Shown piece after piece: positions 1-12,592 of a DNA stretch of 64,000 nt. The number at the start of each line of letters is the position of its first letter. The stretch's first letter is position 1. The stretch is from Carcharhinus amblyrhynchos (lineage: Eukaryota), in the NCBI GenBank assembly GCA_965287045.1, contig OZ336892.1, positions 33,170,001 through 33,234,000 on the forward strand. Reading direction: 5' to 3'. The position numbers and the translations under genes were made by a program. A model generated the notes under the pieces. It made no database searches, was not told the DNA's origin, and saw only the letters and a list, made by a program, of their open reading frames with translations.

Positions 1-475
1 TTGCACAATATCTGGTTTTCAATCAGGGTCTTATTCTTGCCCATAGTTGCCAATTATTGTGACAACATAAACCACAGTCAAACAACCATCACAAAATAAC
101 ACTGCTCTTTAGATGTGTCAGAACATTTGAAGATTGTTCTAAACATGAATCTGTGAATTCTCAAAACTAAGATTTAAACTGGGAAACACTTGAGAGATTG
201 TAGAGCTTGTTTTGTTTGTGATGGTTTCTGATTCTTCGAGCAATGTAATGAGCCAATTGCCATTTCACTGATGGCTTCTCCTCATTCTATATCTGACATT
301 TTTGTACAGAAATTCAACTCCCCAAAAGAAACGATAGGTAAATCCCAAAACACAAGTACAATCTATCCTAGATATTTTACTTCCTTGCAAACAGACTAAA
401 ATAATTTTAAAACAGAGGGGTCTGGATGGATACACAGAGTTAAAGTATATAGAATGTATTCAGGACTTCTTCCCC

Positions 476-481
476 TTTATT
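476..481 (-). promoter_or_regulatory. Polyadenylation signal AATAAA of gene A
   Basis: tttatt on the + strand, about 45 nt after the stop codon. Confidence 0.6.
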
Positions 482-526
482 GGGGTGAAGGCTCATCTGG
501 ACCTCACTGGCTCTAAATTCTTTGTA

Positions 527-1161
527 TTAATATACCTTCCTACACACATTGTTAGGTTTGATCAGAATCTGAGAAGACCTGCAGTTGCCATTGCACGAGC
601 CATACCAGTAGATTGAGCTCTTTGTATTCAAGTTAACCCTGTAACAGTTATTAAACCAGAAGCCGCCCCCACAACGTTTTGCACAGTTTGACCTTGACAA
701 ATCCTGGTCTCGGTCAAATGTTGAAAACTTCATGTTATCATGTAAAGCGGTCTTCAGAGTTCCGATCATAGCATTGCCTGCATTTCCTGTGTATCGACCT
801 AAACTTAATCTGTAACCATTTCTTTCATTCCCGATAGCGAATGAGTCATAATTAGCAACACGTAGTTTATTGTATCTATTCCTCAACAAGAACTTTATTT
901 TGTAATTTCCCTGACTTATGATCTTATATATGTATTCATTTCCCAGCCAGTGATCCCGAAGGATATTGCCAAATCCGTACTTGTAGGCTGTCCAGTATTC
1001 TTTCCAGGTAATTTCCGAACTCCGACTGTTCCTTTGAATCATGGTCCATCCACCACCATCTGTATTCATGTTGCAATACACAACAAGTAGGGGGGATCTG
1101 TTAGGCTTGATGACATAAAGTCCACTTCTACCCCTGACACCACTGCAATCCTTGGGATAAC
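527..1161 (-). CDS. FReD gene A, terminal exon encoding the whole fibrinogen C-terminal domain
   Basis: Translation GYPKDC..SGLYVIKP..VYCNMNTDGGGWTMIQR..YKYGFGN..HWLGNE..FSTFDRDQD..NCA..GGFWFNNC has the FReD hallmarks. Phase-1 acceptor atattgcAG at 1163-1162; TAA at 529-527. The first ~61 aa of the track ORF are intronic. Confidence 0.95.
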
Positions 1162-1530
1162 CTGCAATATGTAAAATTGATTTATTGATCTGTTGGTGAA
1201 AGGAGAGAGGGTTGAGGGTAGGGGATAAGAATGAGTGGCATAGTGTGGAGGAATTGAATGAAGTGAGAAACCAAAGATTACAGACAGAGGTAAGTGGGAG
1301 GAAAAGACAAAATAAGGGAGACAGAGAGAGTGGGAAAGTGGACAAAGTGTGGGAGAAGATGAAAAGTTAAACTTTATTTATTAGTGTCACAAGCTTGTTT
1401 ATATATTGTAGTGGTTTTCATGTTTGCCTAACACACCAAAGGACCTCTGTATGAAACTGGGCAGAAGCATTCATTAAGCTTTTTCATGTAAGGTGAGGAT
1501 AGTCTGTATGATTTCAGTTTCAAGGTAGAA

Positions 1531-1825
1531 CGGTGGTTAGCACTGCTGCCTCAGTGCCAGGTTCAATTCCGACTGTCTGTGTGGAGTTTGCATTTGCTCC
1601 CAGTGTCTGCATGGGTTTCCCCCCGGTGCTCCAGTTTCCTCCCATAGTCCAAAGTGTGTACATTAGGTGGATTGGCTATGATAAATTGACTCTAGTGTCA
1701 GGGGGATTAGCAGTGTAAATGTGTAGGGTTACAAGAATAGAATCTGTGTGGGATTGTGGTCATGACAAACTCCATGGGCCAAATGGCCTCCTCTGTACTG
1801 TAGGGATTTTATTCTATTCTATTTG
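1531..1825 (+). mobile_element. tRNA-derived V-SINE (HE1-like) with CR1-type tail
   Basis: Head ggtggttagcactgctgcctca/ggttcaattcc, V-domain gtctgtgtggagtttgca...ggtttcc, tail gggccaaatggcctcc...attct. Confidence 0.85.
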
Positions 1826-1831
1826 ATTCCA

Positions 1832-2098
1832 AAGTAGGCTTACATTAACACTGCAGTGAAGTTACTTTCAAAATCCTCTTGTCACCATACTCTGGTGCCT
1901 GTTTGGGTACACTGAGGGAAAATTTAGCATGGCCAATGCACCTACCCAGCATGTCTTTCGTACAGTGTGACAAACCTGGAGGAAACCCACACAGACATGG
2001 GGAGAATGTGCAGATTCCACACAGACAGTGACCCAAGTTGAGAATTAAACCTGGGTCCCTGGCGCTGTGAGGCAGCAGTGCAACCACTGTGCCGCCCC
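1832..2098 (-). mobile_element. V-SINE with the alternative tail (cagtaacttc...gtgacactaataaa); tail tip displaced to about 1367-1394
   Basis: Reverse complement has the tRNA head and V-domain; the tail matches the intact copy at 60481-60775. Confidence 0.8.
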
Positions 2099-2904
2099 CA
2101 GCACTGGAATGGATTGCAGACAGATTAAAAAGTGGATGGGATAGGGAGAGAGTGGGGAGAAACCATCAATGAGAGGAGAAGAGGAAGGGAGTAACTGGGA
2201 GGGAAGAGGAACTGAGCAAGGAGAGGATTGATGTGGAGAGAAGGGGACAGGATCAGATGGAGAGAAGTGGAAGAAGGAAAATTGAAGAAGGGGAAATGAA
2301 GGCAGAATAAAGGAAATGAGGGCTAGGGAAGAGTTAAGGAAATGGGAGGAAACAAGATAGAGATAAGAACATGACTGGGAAATGAGGGATCAGAAGGACA
2401 GAAAAAGAAAGAGAAATAACAATGATGAGGTGAAAAGTGGACAGAACAAATTAATGGGAATAGAACATGGAATGGGGAAAGGAGAAGAGAGGTAGGTGAA
2501 ATGGGAGGCAGATGCCAAATGCATGTTAGAAGTGAGAAAGGGAGATGAGGTGAAAGTGGAAAGGGAGAGTGTACCTCAATGAAAACCTGAAGCTTATTTA
2601 TCAAAGGGGGAAGGGGCTACCAATATTAGTTTGGATATGAATGGAGAGTTGGGTGCCAGTTGAAGATTTCACTGAAATTTTAGGACTGAATTTGTAGATC
2701 ACCAATATTATTTCATATTTACAAACCTATCCCTGGCCCAGGTTTTAACTAAAGCAGATTTTCTTTCAAATTCCAGGGGTCTCTAACAGTGGCTGCAGCA
2801 ATCTGTATCACATATCTGAGTGGGCAAACAGCCCTAAGCTAACCAACTCACTATTTCTTCATCCAACTCATTCATATACACAGTAAAAGCTAAGATCCCA
2901 TTAC

Positions 2905-3141
2905 AGAAAATGGGAGGTCCACACCAACTGACACAAGAACAGCTTCTTCCCTGCTGCTGTCAGACTTTTGAATGGACTTACTTTGCATGAAGTTGATCTT
3001 TCTCTACACCCTAGCTGTGACTGTAACACCACATTCTGCACTCTCGCGTTTCCTTTTCTGTGAACAGTATGCTTTGTCTGCATAGTGTGCAAGAAACAAT
3101 ACTTTTCACTGTATGTTAATACATTGACAATAATAAATCAA
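2905..3141 (+). mobile_element. Rex1/Babar-like LINE 3' end
   Basis: Encodes KNSFFPAAVRLLNG and ends tgacaataataaatcaa; same family as 54727-55806. Confidence 0.75.
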
Positions 3142-4063
3142 GAAACCTCGACATATTTCTCAATTTGGAGACATTCCTTAATCCCTACTCTCTCTCCAAC
3201 AGTGTGATATGTTAATTGCTTTTGGTGAATGATTGAGGGAAAACAAGGTAAGGGATAGGGTCCAATTTTCTGAATGTTGGCAGCACCCCATGTGGACAGC
3301 AGTGATTTTTTGGGTGCAGGGCATTCCTGTTCTTGTTCTTTATTTCAAAGAGAACTGGAGTGACCCTGAGTGCTAGGAATTCTGCGATAGTCACTGCAAG
3401 TTTTCACCATTTCAGAAAGATATTGACATTTGCTAGTGATGCTGTACTAATCCTCCTGTTCCATTTAGCAGGATGCTCCTAGCAATTTAAGGAGTGTTTT
3501 AAAGGAGAAAAGTGAGGTAAAGAAGCACAGCAATGTATAATGAATTCCAGAGCATGGGGCAACTGGAGGCACAGACATCAGCAGTGGAGCGATTAGAATT
3601 GGGGACACGCAAGAGACCAGACTTAGAGGAGCACCGATGAAAACTTGTGTAAATTAAAAAATGACAGTAGGGTTTTGGATGGCCTCAACTTTATGGCGGA
3701 TACGCTAGCCATGTGTGGAGATTAGAATCATCATGATTAGGGGTAGCATTGTGAATAAGAATTTCTGAAGGAGATGAGGTGAGATGAGGGCCAAGCCAGC
3801 CAATATTACTGAGGGGGAAATAGGTGGTTTCAGTCATGGTGCAAATGTGAGGTCAGAATTTCATGTTGGGGTTAAATGCGATGCTAATATCATGAACAAA
3901 CTGGCTTAACCTCCGACTGTTGCCAGGGAGAGCAATGGAGCCTGACTCTCTTCTCACAATTGCTTTTTGGGTAAAGCCAGCTAATTTTGGTGATTAACTT
4001 TTAACAAGGATCATAAGGGAAAAGGATTGATCTCAAATATTAACCAGAATTCCATATACTAAC

Positions 4064-4192
4064 CATGTTTGGCTTTTGTTGGGAGGCCTCTGATGACCCT
4101 TTCTTCAGTGCTTAACATGTGCACGTTTGCAATTTCCTCTTCACAGTTTGCGATACCCATTGCAAGAAAAATGATTGCAGTCAAAACACAAC
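4064..4192 (-). CDS. FReD gene A, exon 2: signal peptide core and acidic propeptide
   Basis: ctcAG|GT TGT GTT...CAT G|GTTAGT; 129 nt, phase 1-1. Reads (G)CVLTAIIFLAMGIANCEEEIANVHMLSTEERVIRGLPTKAKH(G) and joins in frame to YPKDC. Confidence 0.88.
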
Positions 4193-5254
4193 CTGAGATT
4201 TACAAACAAAAGGCATTACGAATCATGAAACAATTACAACAATCAGACAGACACAAACACAGAGCATCGAAAAGAGAGAGCCATAGCACGAGTTAAACAG
4301 TAACAATGCAAACTTCAGAGAGAGGCACAATGCAAAGCAGGAAGGTGGAAGATAGAGTAGAAAATTGAAGGGACAGTCAAGAGAGAACAAGTGATTGAGA
4401 GAAACATTGCAAGAGTCACAGATAGTATGTGAGAGTCATAGAGAGACAAAAAGACACAGCTGAAGTGTCTGAGGGAGAGCGACAACATCTTAGAGAGACG
4501 ATGGGGGGAGGATTTTAATCTTCAAAAATGGGAAATGGGTGAGATGCAAATATTTTTAGAATCCCAAACACAATTCCAGCCTACCCATGTTGGGTTTAAT
4601 GGAGACTAGACAAGGAGCAGTCAACCAACTTGCTTCGAGAAACTGGTTGAGCTGTTCAAATGCCACAATGAAGACAGGTTCTTTATTTTTATCTTCCCTT
4701 ACCTGCTAAACAATTAACCTTCTTTATTTCCCAGGAACCCAACAGTCCAAGGGAGGTGAGGACAGTTCGGCAATTGGCCAAGGTCTTTGCAGCACTGCTT
4801 CTGGGCCATGTGGAACAGTACAGCTCCCTGGTCCACCTACATCCTTCCTTAGAATCTGACTCCACTCCCCCCACTGTCCCCAGCCATGTCCAACCCAGGG
4901 GCTATACTCACCTCATGCCCCAGCATTGTCACCACAACTGGTTTCTGTTTTTGCAAACCAGTAGTGATTCCCACTGGCTTGACGCATGCCAACAGGAGGA
5001 GCATTCCATGCTCCTGGAAGCAATAGCATTAAGCTGTACAATTATACTTAAAGTAGTCAATTTCATAGTGAAACTGATTGTATTTCTGGCTGTGTTATAA
5101 AAGGTAGCAGTCATATTGGGATTTGCATCCGTAGCAAAAAGAGAGGCCCTGAGAATCTTGCCCTGTGTTAGCCTCTGTGAGAATCAGTTAAACAGTAGCT
5201 GGCTGCTGTGGAAATTGTTCTTTTAAAAGTAGTTTAATTTCTCTCAGAATGCTG

Positions 5255-5800
5255 ACGTGTTGAGAGATCTTTGACCTTGCACACAAAACACAAGAGGTTA
5301 GCATACAGGTACAGCAATTAGGAAGACAAATAAAATGTTGAACTTTATCATAAGGGGGATGAAATATAAATTAAGGAAACCATGCCCCAACTATTCAGGA
5401 CATTGATGAGACCACACTTAGAGTACTGTGTACGTTTTTGATTCCTTATTAAAGGGGGGGATATACATTCTTTGGATTTTAGAAGAATGAGCAGTGATTA
5501 TTTTGAAACAGAATAGACGCTGAGAGGATGTTTTCTCACCTGGAGAAGTCTAGAACTAGGGGACACAGTTTCAAACAGTGAGTCATGAATCTTTGGAATT
5601 CTCTAGGGAAGCTGACTCATTGAATATATTCAATGCTGAGATAGACAGAATTGAATTGACTTGAATTATAGAGCGTCAAAGCTTAGGGGGAACAGACAGA
5701 TAAGTGAAGCTGAGATCAAGTTCAGATCTACCAGAATAAATGGCAGAGCAAATGTGAGGGGCTTCACTGACCTACCCCAGCTCCCATTTCTTATGTTCCT
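5255..5800 (+). mobile_element. Degraded CR1 LINE 3' fragment
   Basis: RPHLEYCV-like codons (agaccacacttagagtactgtg) and a ttcttatgttcct tail. Confidence 0.7.
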
Positions 5801-6888
5801 AAGCCACCCTGTAAACCAATCTCCACCCCACCCATCACACTCCCCAGACCTGATCTCCTCCACTATTGTCTCCTCCCATAATGCTGAAGAACCACACAAT
5901 CTTTCCATTCCCCCAAGAATCAGATTTGCAGAAACAAACTGCAACAAATCCTGGAGTAAAGCTCCACAGCATTTGAGGAAACCTGCACTTTTTCCAAGAG
6001 AACTCCTCTCTCTGTTCCCAAACTCATGCCTCGGTTAATATTGAGGACAGGTGAAAGAGAAAGAAATATTGTATGTCAGAAAGAGAGAAGACAAGACAGG
6101 CAGAAATAATGGAGTAAGAAAGAAGGAAAAGTGTGTTAGTGAAAGTAAGTGGAAGGCAGCCTGAGAGAGAATGAAGTTTAATAGGTTACTGAATTAAATT
6201 AATTATGCAGATTAGATTCAATTCTCCTTTTTTGCTTAAACAATCTTAAGATTTAAATCTTACACAAAGATTTGTGGTCTGCATTACACTGGTATGGAAC
6301 AGCTTTCATTGGTCCCAGGCAGTTTCACTCTGAGCAGCAGAGAAGGCTGATCAGATACAGTGATAGCAATTTCTCTGTCCTGACCCTTAACAGTTTGTAT
6401 GACTGAAATAACAAGTGAGTGCTCTTTATTTCTGCCACTGCTCAACTCCATTTCGGTTCTCTTGAAGGTGTTCTACACTCACAATCACCTGTCACTTTCC
6501 TTATCTCTCCCAAATGATCATCCTTTCTATCTGAGCCCAGAGATCAGATTACAGTCTTTTTAACCCAGGGGCATTTGGAGCTATTTACAGCTCCGATTGC
6601 CATCTAGCTTTCTTGTTTCTGATTGTTGTGCTGCAAAGTTTTTGCACATAGGGATGTTGGTGAGGATAGGAATGACACACTGCTAAATCAAGTAACCTGT
6701 TGCCATTCATTATGTAGATAGACACAGGAAAAATATCTTCTTGGGACAAGGTACTGAGGACCCCCCTGTGATCTGCAGAAATGTACCCTACAAGAGTCAG
6801 CAACTTGGAAAGGACAAAACTTGAAACAAAATAAACTCAATTTTAGGAATGTTTTTGTTTAGTAGAAAACACAGAAACTCAGACTTAC

Positions 6889-6904
6889 CCATTTTGGTTG
6901 CCAT
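6889..6904 (-). CDS. FReD gene A, exon 1 (MATKM + G)
   Basis: Good Kozak context aggATGG, consensus donor G|GTAAGT, phase 1 matching exon 2, TATA-like element about 40 nt upstream. Confidence 0.75.
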
Positions 6905-6942
6905 CCTGCCTCAAATAGTGCAGATTAGCTCTGAAACCTCTG

Positions 6943-6950
6943 TATTTATG
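6943..6950 (-). promoter_or_regulatory. TATA-like box of gene A (CATAAATA)
   Basis: Lies 39-46 nt upstream of the proposed ATG, implying a short 5' UTR. Confidence 0.5.
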
Positions 6951-8780
6951 CTGACTGAGATCAAGGTATTTGCATAGACACACCTACACAATAGTTCCAG
7001 TAGCCTGCTCAGTGCGAGCACTTGAGATATTTGATATTGACACTGAGACAGAACCTGCTAAAAGTTCTTTTTTAACTAGCATGTCTGATTAACTCTAAGT
7101 ACTGCAGTTATGTTAACCATATTTTTGCCATTTGTCTCTCTATCTCTAATTTATATTGGCCCAGTTTCAGGGTACCAGATATCATCTGCCATCACACACA
7201 AATGACTAAGGAATGAAATCTCTACACGGGATACGTTGTTTGGGAAGTGTATGGTTGGAGTCATGGTGGAAATTATTCCTCAATACTTTAGGAATTAAAG
7301 AAGTTAAGAGGTGGCCAAGGTGGGGTCCTAAGCTGAAACATTGGTTTAGCTGAATTTTGGCACAAGGCACCAATTGTTATAAAGAAATTGATACCAGGGT
7401 AGGGACAGTCCCCCAGTGGCTTATTAAGTAATTGCCTCTTAAACTGCCTGTTGAAATCCATTAAAATGTTGGCATGGTATATTGGTAGTTTTCACAAAAA
7501 TTAATGCCTTCTCCTAACAGTTGGGAGTGAACACAGTATCAAAGTTTATTTCCCAGTAATTCTCACTATTTCATGTTGACTAGCTGCTGGAGCTGTGAAG
7601 CAATCCCCTGCAACATGCTGGAAGATTTAGTGGAACAGTTTACTCAAGATTTCACCAACTTCCTGGAAATTCTCTGAGAATTTTAGCTTCAAAAAATTAA
7701 TTGTGTGTTACTCTATCTCATTGGACACCTTACAGGAGTCATCAGGAGAAAGGAAGTTCTCAGTCAAGGGCATCTTGTTAGGGGACCCTTTTGGTTTGGA
7801 TGAGGAATGGGTGTGGGATGTGAAGTCAGACAGAGCAGTAGCAACTGCTGTAGGAGAGCGACAGAAGGGTGAGGTGGCTTTTGCCACCCCACTCAGCGTA
7901 AATGACATCTGTTCTCCAGACCATCTCCACCTGGATCTCCAATGCTGCATCCAAGTACCTGTCCCCTCATTCCCTTAGCCCCCAAGCTATCCAACAACCT
8001 GCTGCTGTGTGTCCGACAGAACAGTATGTATACACAAGTAAATTGGCTCATCAGCACTTGGGTGTTAAAACTGTAGGTTTTTGGTTAGCATTTCCAGACA
8101 AGTTGAAATCAGCAATTAAGTTAGGACCAAAATTACATGTTAAACCTTGACTTTCAAACATTCGTCTTATTAACTCTACATCCATTCAGAGCCTGAATAT
8201 TTGACTAAAATAACCCTCAGGAAGAGGAAGGGAACCAGCGATGTGATCATAACTGAGAACTTCACAACTTTGTAACATTCATTGGTGTGAAGTAGTTAAC
8301 ATGTAAAAAAGATGATCACCAGGCAGAAGAAATCAATGATTAGAGAATAGAGCAACATGGATGCAATTCTAATGCAAGGTAAGTTGTAAGTAAGTTAGTC
8401 TAATTTAATCACATTTCTATATTGTTATGCCTTAGAATGTGCCATTCATATTTATCAACATGGTGCTTTTGTAAGTAAGACACGGATTACTGGGCAGATT
8501 AGAGAAGTAAAAGAGCTGGCCAATGGTGTAGTGGTGGGCAGCACAGTGATTAGTACTGCTGCAGAGCTGGAACAAAATTTTTCATGCAGCCAGACCTTGG
8601 TGGCACCCAGCTCAGTAGGAGGCCAGTGGCATTGCGCTTAGCAGTTGAAGGTTCAAAACCATGTTCTGCAACCTCCAAATATGGAAAGCAGTTACTTCAT
8701 TGCATCTTCCTGCTTCCCACTTGATGCTAGTATTGGACGCAGGTCGTATAATCTTTGAGAAGGGCGCGAATATTCGGCAT

Positions 8781-9005
8781 GGTGACATGGTGTTTAGCAC
8801 TACTGCCCCACAGCGCCAGGGACCCGAGTTCGATCCCCAGCTAGGGTCACTGTCTGTGCAGAGTCTGCATATTCTCCCTGTGTCTGCGTGGGTTTCCTCT
8901 GGGTGCTCCAGTTTCCTCTCACAGTCCGAAAGACATGTCGGTTAGGTGCATTGGCTTAATTCTCCCTCAGTGTACCTGAACAGGTGCCGGAATGTGGCGA
9001 CTAAA
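8781..9005 (+). mobile_element. V-SINE
   Basis: tRNA-like A/B boxes (gttcgatccc) and V-domain. Confidence 0.8.
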
Positions 9006-9257
9006 ATGGTATTCTTCAATTATGGAGAAGACCAGTGAGATGGTGATGGGCAACAAAGCCTGTCCCTAGGAAATCAACATTAGTCTGTATAGTTCTGCTA
9101 AAGAAACATTTCTTCCCATTATGCCTAAATCTGGAAGACTGCTTATTCGTGTAAAGGAGGAATTTCCTGTTCATGTTTAGGTTACAGTATCATGAATAAT
9201 GAATGAGGTGGTAACATCAATAACAAATTTGTAATTCAGTATGCCACCGCCCTTCAT

Positions 9258-9560
9258 AGCCTTTTTCCTCGGATGGAGAAAGCTAGCACGAGGGGGCATG
9301 GCTTTAAATTAAGGGGGGGTAGTTAAAGGACGGATGTCAGGGGTAGGTTCTTTACCCAGAGGGTGGTGAGGGATTGGAATGCCCTGCCTGCTGCGGTTGT
9401 AAATGCGCCTAGTTTGGGGGCGTTTAAGAGATCCGTGGATAGGTTTATGGACGAAAAGGGATTGGTTTAGGTTAGAGGGTCATTGTTTTTTAACTGGTCG
9501 GCGCAACATCGTGGGCCGAAGGGCCTGTTCTGCGCTGTAATGTTCTATGTTCTATGTTCA
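9258..9560 (+). mobile_element. CR1 LINE 3' end, CpG-retaining
   Basis: FFTQRVV-type codons, gggccgaagggcctgttctg, (TTCTATG)n tail. Confidence 0.8.
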
Positions 9561-10369
9561 TGGTCCTCTTTCAACTGACTAATATTAATGATACATTGTT
9601 ATAACATAATGAATATGTCACAGAAAAATTGTATACTCTAAATTCTTTACTGAAGCAACATTCCAATAACAAGGAAGATATTTCTGTTTTGATGTGGTTT
9701 TCTGATTGTACCAGGAAGAAAAGCTTTAAATAACTCACTGACCTTTAAGTGAAGAAGTTTGAAATGTTTTGCAGGTCATGTCATTTAAATAAACAATGCA
9801 CAAGACTAGATTTGTCGATACATTAAACAAATTCACTCATCTCTCTGGTGTCAGGCTAATGGCATCAAACTCAGGTCTAATTGTTTTGAATTTCAATCAT
9901 CACATTTCATTTCAAAACTGTTCATCTGACATTTTCTCACCAAATGAAAATCTGAAGGAGTCCTGTCATGGGTCATCTTAATCTTGGTGGAAGTTTGTGA
10001 CCAAGCACCAGACATGCTGTGATTAGACAAAGTGTAGGAGGGATCAGAAATCAGAGTACTGGACAGTTGATGACAATCAACTGTGTTCTAATTCATCAAG
10101 AACTAGTCAGCTAATGCCATCAAGAAGGTGGCCAAACATCTGAAAGTAGCCTCACAATAAGAAAACCCTGCTATTTGTTACTCATTTCAAAGGTCTCTTT
10201 TAGGACTAATCAACTAAAATAATTTATTAACTGAATGTTACAGGTCTATCTAGAACAAAGTTTGGGATCCTGTTGATCTTAGAACACAAATGTTTTCTCA
10301 TCTCCTTGTATCCAATCCATACTTTATGCAGATAGATGGATTCCACATGGCATGATGCCAATACCATAA

Positions 10370-10692
10370 TGGCACAGTGATTAGCATTGCTGCCTCACAG
10401 AACCATGGACCTGTGTTTGATTCCAGCTTTGGGTGACTGTTTGGTGTTTGCATGTTCTCCCCGTGTCTACATGGGTTTTCTCCATGTAGTTACTTCCCAC
10501 TGCCCAAAGATGTATTGGTTAGGTGGATTGGCCAAGCTAAATTGCCCTTTAGTGTCCAAAGATGTGTAGATTAGGTAAATGTGCGGGGTTATGGGGATAG
10601 GGTAGGGTGTGAACTTGGGTAAGATTCTCTTTTGGAGAGTTGGTGCAGACAAATGGCCTCCTTCTGCACTGTAGGGATTTTATGGTTCTATG
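10370..10692 (+). mobile_element. V-SINE with CR1-type tail
   Basis: tggcacagtgattagc head, V-domain, aatggcctccttctgcactgtaggg tail. Confidence 0.8.
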
Positions 10693-11512
10693 GTATTGTG
10701 GTATGGCCTCATGTTCAGCCAATCTCATCACTGAAGCTGAAGAAATACCGCCTTCTTCATTGCAATCAGAGTGGGCAAACTGGATGTAGTGAGCGTTTAC
10801 GAGCCCCTGATAGGGATGTGGAATCATAGGAATAAGGTATTCAGCCTCTTGAGCTTGTTTCACTATTTAATGAGATAATGCCTGATCTGTGACCTAACTA
10901 CACATACCCCATATTCTCAGTGCCTTTGACTAACTAACAAAAATCAATGAATCAGTTTTAAAATGAACAATCGATTGCTATTTAGCAAAGAAAGTTCTAA
11001 ACTGCTACCACACTTTGTGTGAAAAAGTGGTTTCTAATTTCACTCCTGAAAGATTTGGCTGTAATATTTTGATCATGAGCTCTGATTCCTGGCCCCTTAA
11101 CTAGCACAAACAAGCTGCTAGGAAAGAACTGCGTGCTTAATTCTGCAAAAAGTGACTTACCCATGACCCTCTTGCCAGAATACACAGATAGGATTCTCAC
11201 CTATGACCTCAATTCACCAACACTAAACCAAAGATAAAAGCCAGAGTAATCTTGGCCTGGAAACGTGCTGTAATGTAATAGGGGGAGCACAACCATAACA
11301 AAGGGTCATCTGGACTCGAAATGTCAGCTCTTTTCTCTACTTACAGGTGCTGCCAGACAAAACAAGGAAACTGGAAGTAATCATCTGTAGACAGGAATTA
11401 GGTCTAGCAAGGATAACGATTAAAACTTTCATATGTCAGGAATAGGTTATAGTGGGATCAAAAGAGAAAATGCTGGAAAATCTCAGCAGGTCTGGGTTGG
11501 TAAGTTTGTTAG

Positions 11513-11882
11513 TTGGAGAGATGAGGGGTGATCTGATAAAGGTGTATAAAATGATGAGAGGTATTAATCAAGCAGACTTTCAGAGGCTTTTTCCCAGGGC
11601 TGAAGTGGTTGCCACAAGAGGATACAGGTTTAAGGTGCTGGGGAGTAGGTACAGAGGAGACGTCAGGGGTAAGTTTTTCACTCAGAGGGTGGTGGGTGCA
11701 TGGAATCGGCTGCTGGCAGTGGTGGTGGAGGCAAATTCGATAGGGTCTTTTAAGAGACTTTTGGATATGTACCTGGAACTTAATAAGATAGAGGGTTATA
11801 GGTTAGCCTAGTAGGCAGAGACATGTTCGGCAAAACTTGTGGGCTGAAGGGCCTGTTTGTGCTGTAGTTTTTCTATGTTTCT
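11513..11882 (+). mobile_element. CR1 LINE 3' end
   Basis: MRGDLIKVYKMM...FFTQRVVGAWN translation plus CR1 tail. Confidence 0.85.
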
Positions 11883-11892
11883 ATATATATAA

Positions 11893-12108
11893 TGTATGTT
11901 GGTCTTGTGGGGTGCATACTGCCCCTTTAAGAGCCTAGGTCAGGTGACCGCTGGGGGGATTAGCTCCTCCCATTGTGGGACCGGGTTGTGCACTCTTAGA
12001 TCTGACTGTGGAACACTGCACATTTACAATAAAGAATTCCCAGTGTTCAAGTTAGCAGTTCTACCTTGTGGTTCCTTATGCACCATGCTTTGGTAGTGCA
12101 TACATAAT
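11893..12108 (+). mobile_element. Probable solo LTR
   Basis: About 215 bp starting TGT, with cccctttaaga TATA-like motif and an internal AATAAA; no coding sequence. Confidence 0.45.
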
Positions 12109-12396
12109 AACTATCAGATCCCTCTTTCCATCTCACTTTAATTTACTGGTGTCAGTAGCAAAGTTCTCATTTATATTTTTGCAGTAGGTGGATTTATACA
12201 AATAGCACCCACTGAAGAAGGAATTCTGCCATTTTTCATGAAGCCTCTTTCTTTGATTTAAAGATAATTTATTTGGAGGTCAGGAGAAAGTGAACAGGAG
12301 AGTTTGTTCCAACTCATGATTCATAACTTTCTGCACTTTTTTCCCTTCCAGTCATAACAATATCTCTATTAAACTATTATGTTCATGACATACCCT

Positions 12397-12592
12397 TGAT
12401 TTGATTTGATTTATTATTGTCACATGTATTAACGTAACTGAGAAAAGTATTATTTCTTGTGCTCTGTGCAGATAAAGCATACCGTTCGTAGAGGAGGAAA
12501 TGAGACAGTGCAGAATGTAGTGTTACAGTCATAGCTAGGGTGTAGAGAAAGATCACCAATGCAAGGTAAGTCCATTCAAAAGTCTGACAGCA
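12397..12592 (-). mobile_element. Rex1/Babar-like LINE 3' end
   Basis: (gattt)n-attattgtcacatgt tail shared with 2905, 20876, 54727 and 58570. Confidence 0.75.

Noticed and set aside
1162-1345. Hydrophobic N-terminus of the 272-aa track ORF as a signal peptide
   Set aside because: It starts at a non-ATG codon in a pyrimidine-rich intron tract; a good acceptor at 1162 and true signal exons exist upstream.
6250-6805. Extra exons in intron 1 of gene A (acceptor-like sites near 6803, 6773 and 6403)
   Set aside because: The phase-1 readings hit stops or end in an incompatible phase, and would separate the ATG from the signal core.
7700-7980. Possible Harbinger Myb/SANT-like remnant on the minus strand (DAALEIQVEMV)
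   Set aside because: Too degraded to support without a profile search.
8330-8480. Plus-strand donor-like sites (aag|gtaagt) suggesting another gene
   Set aside because: No open frame or recognisable protein could be assembled.
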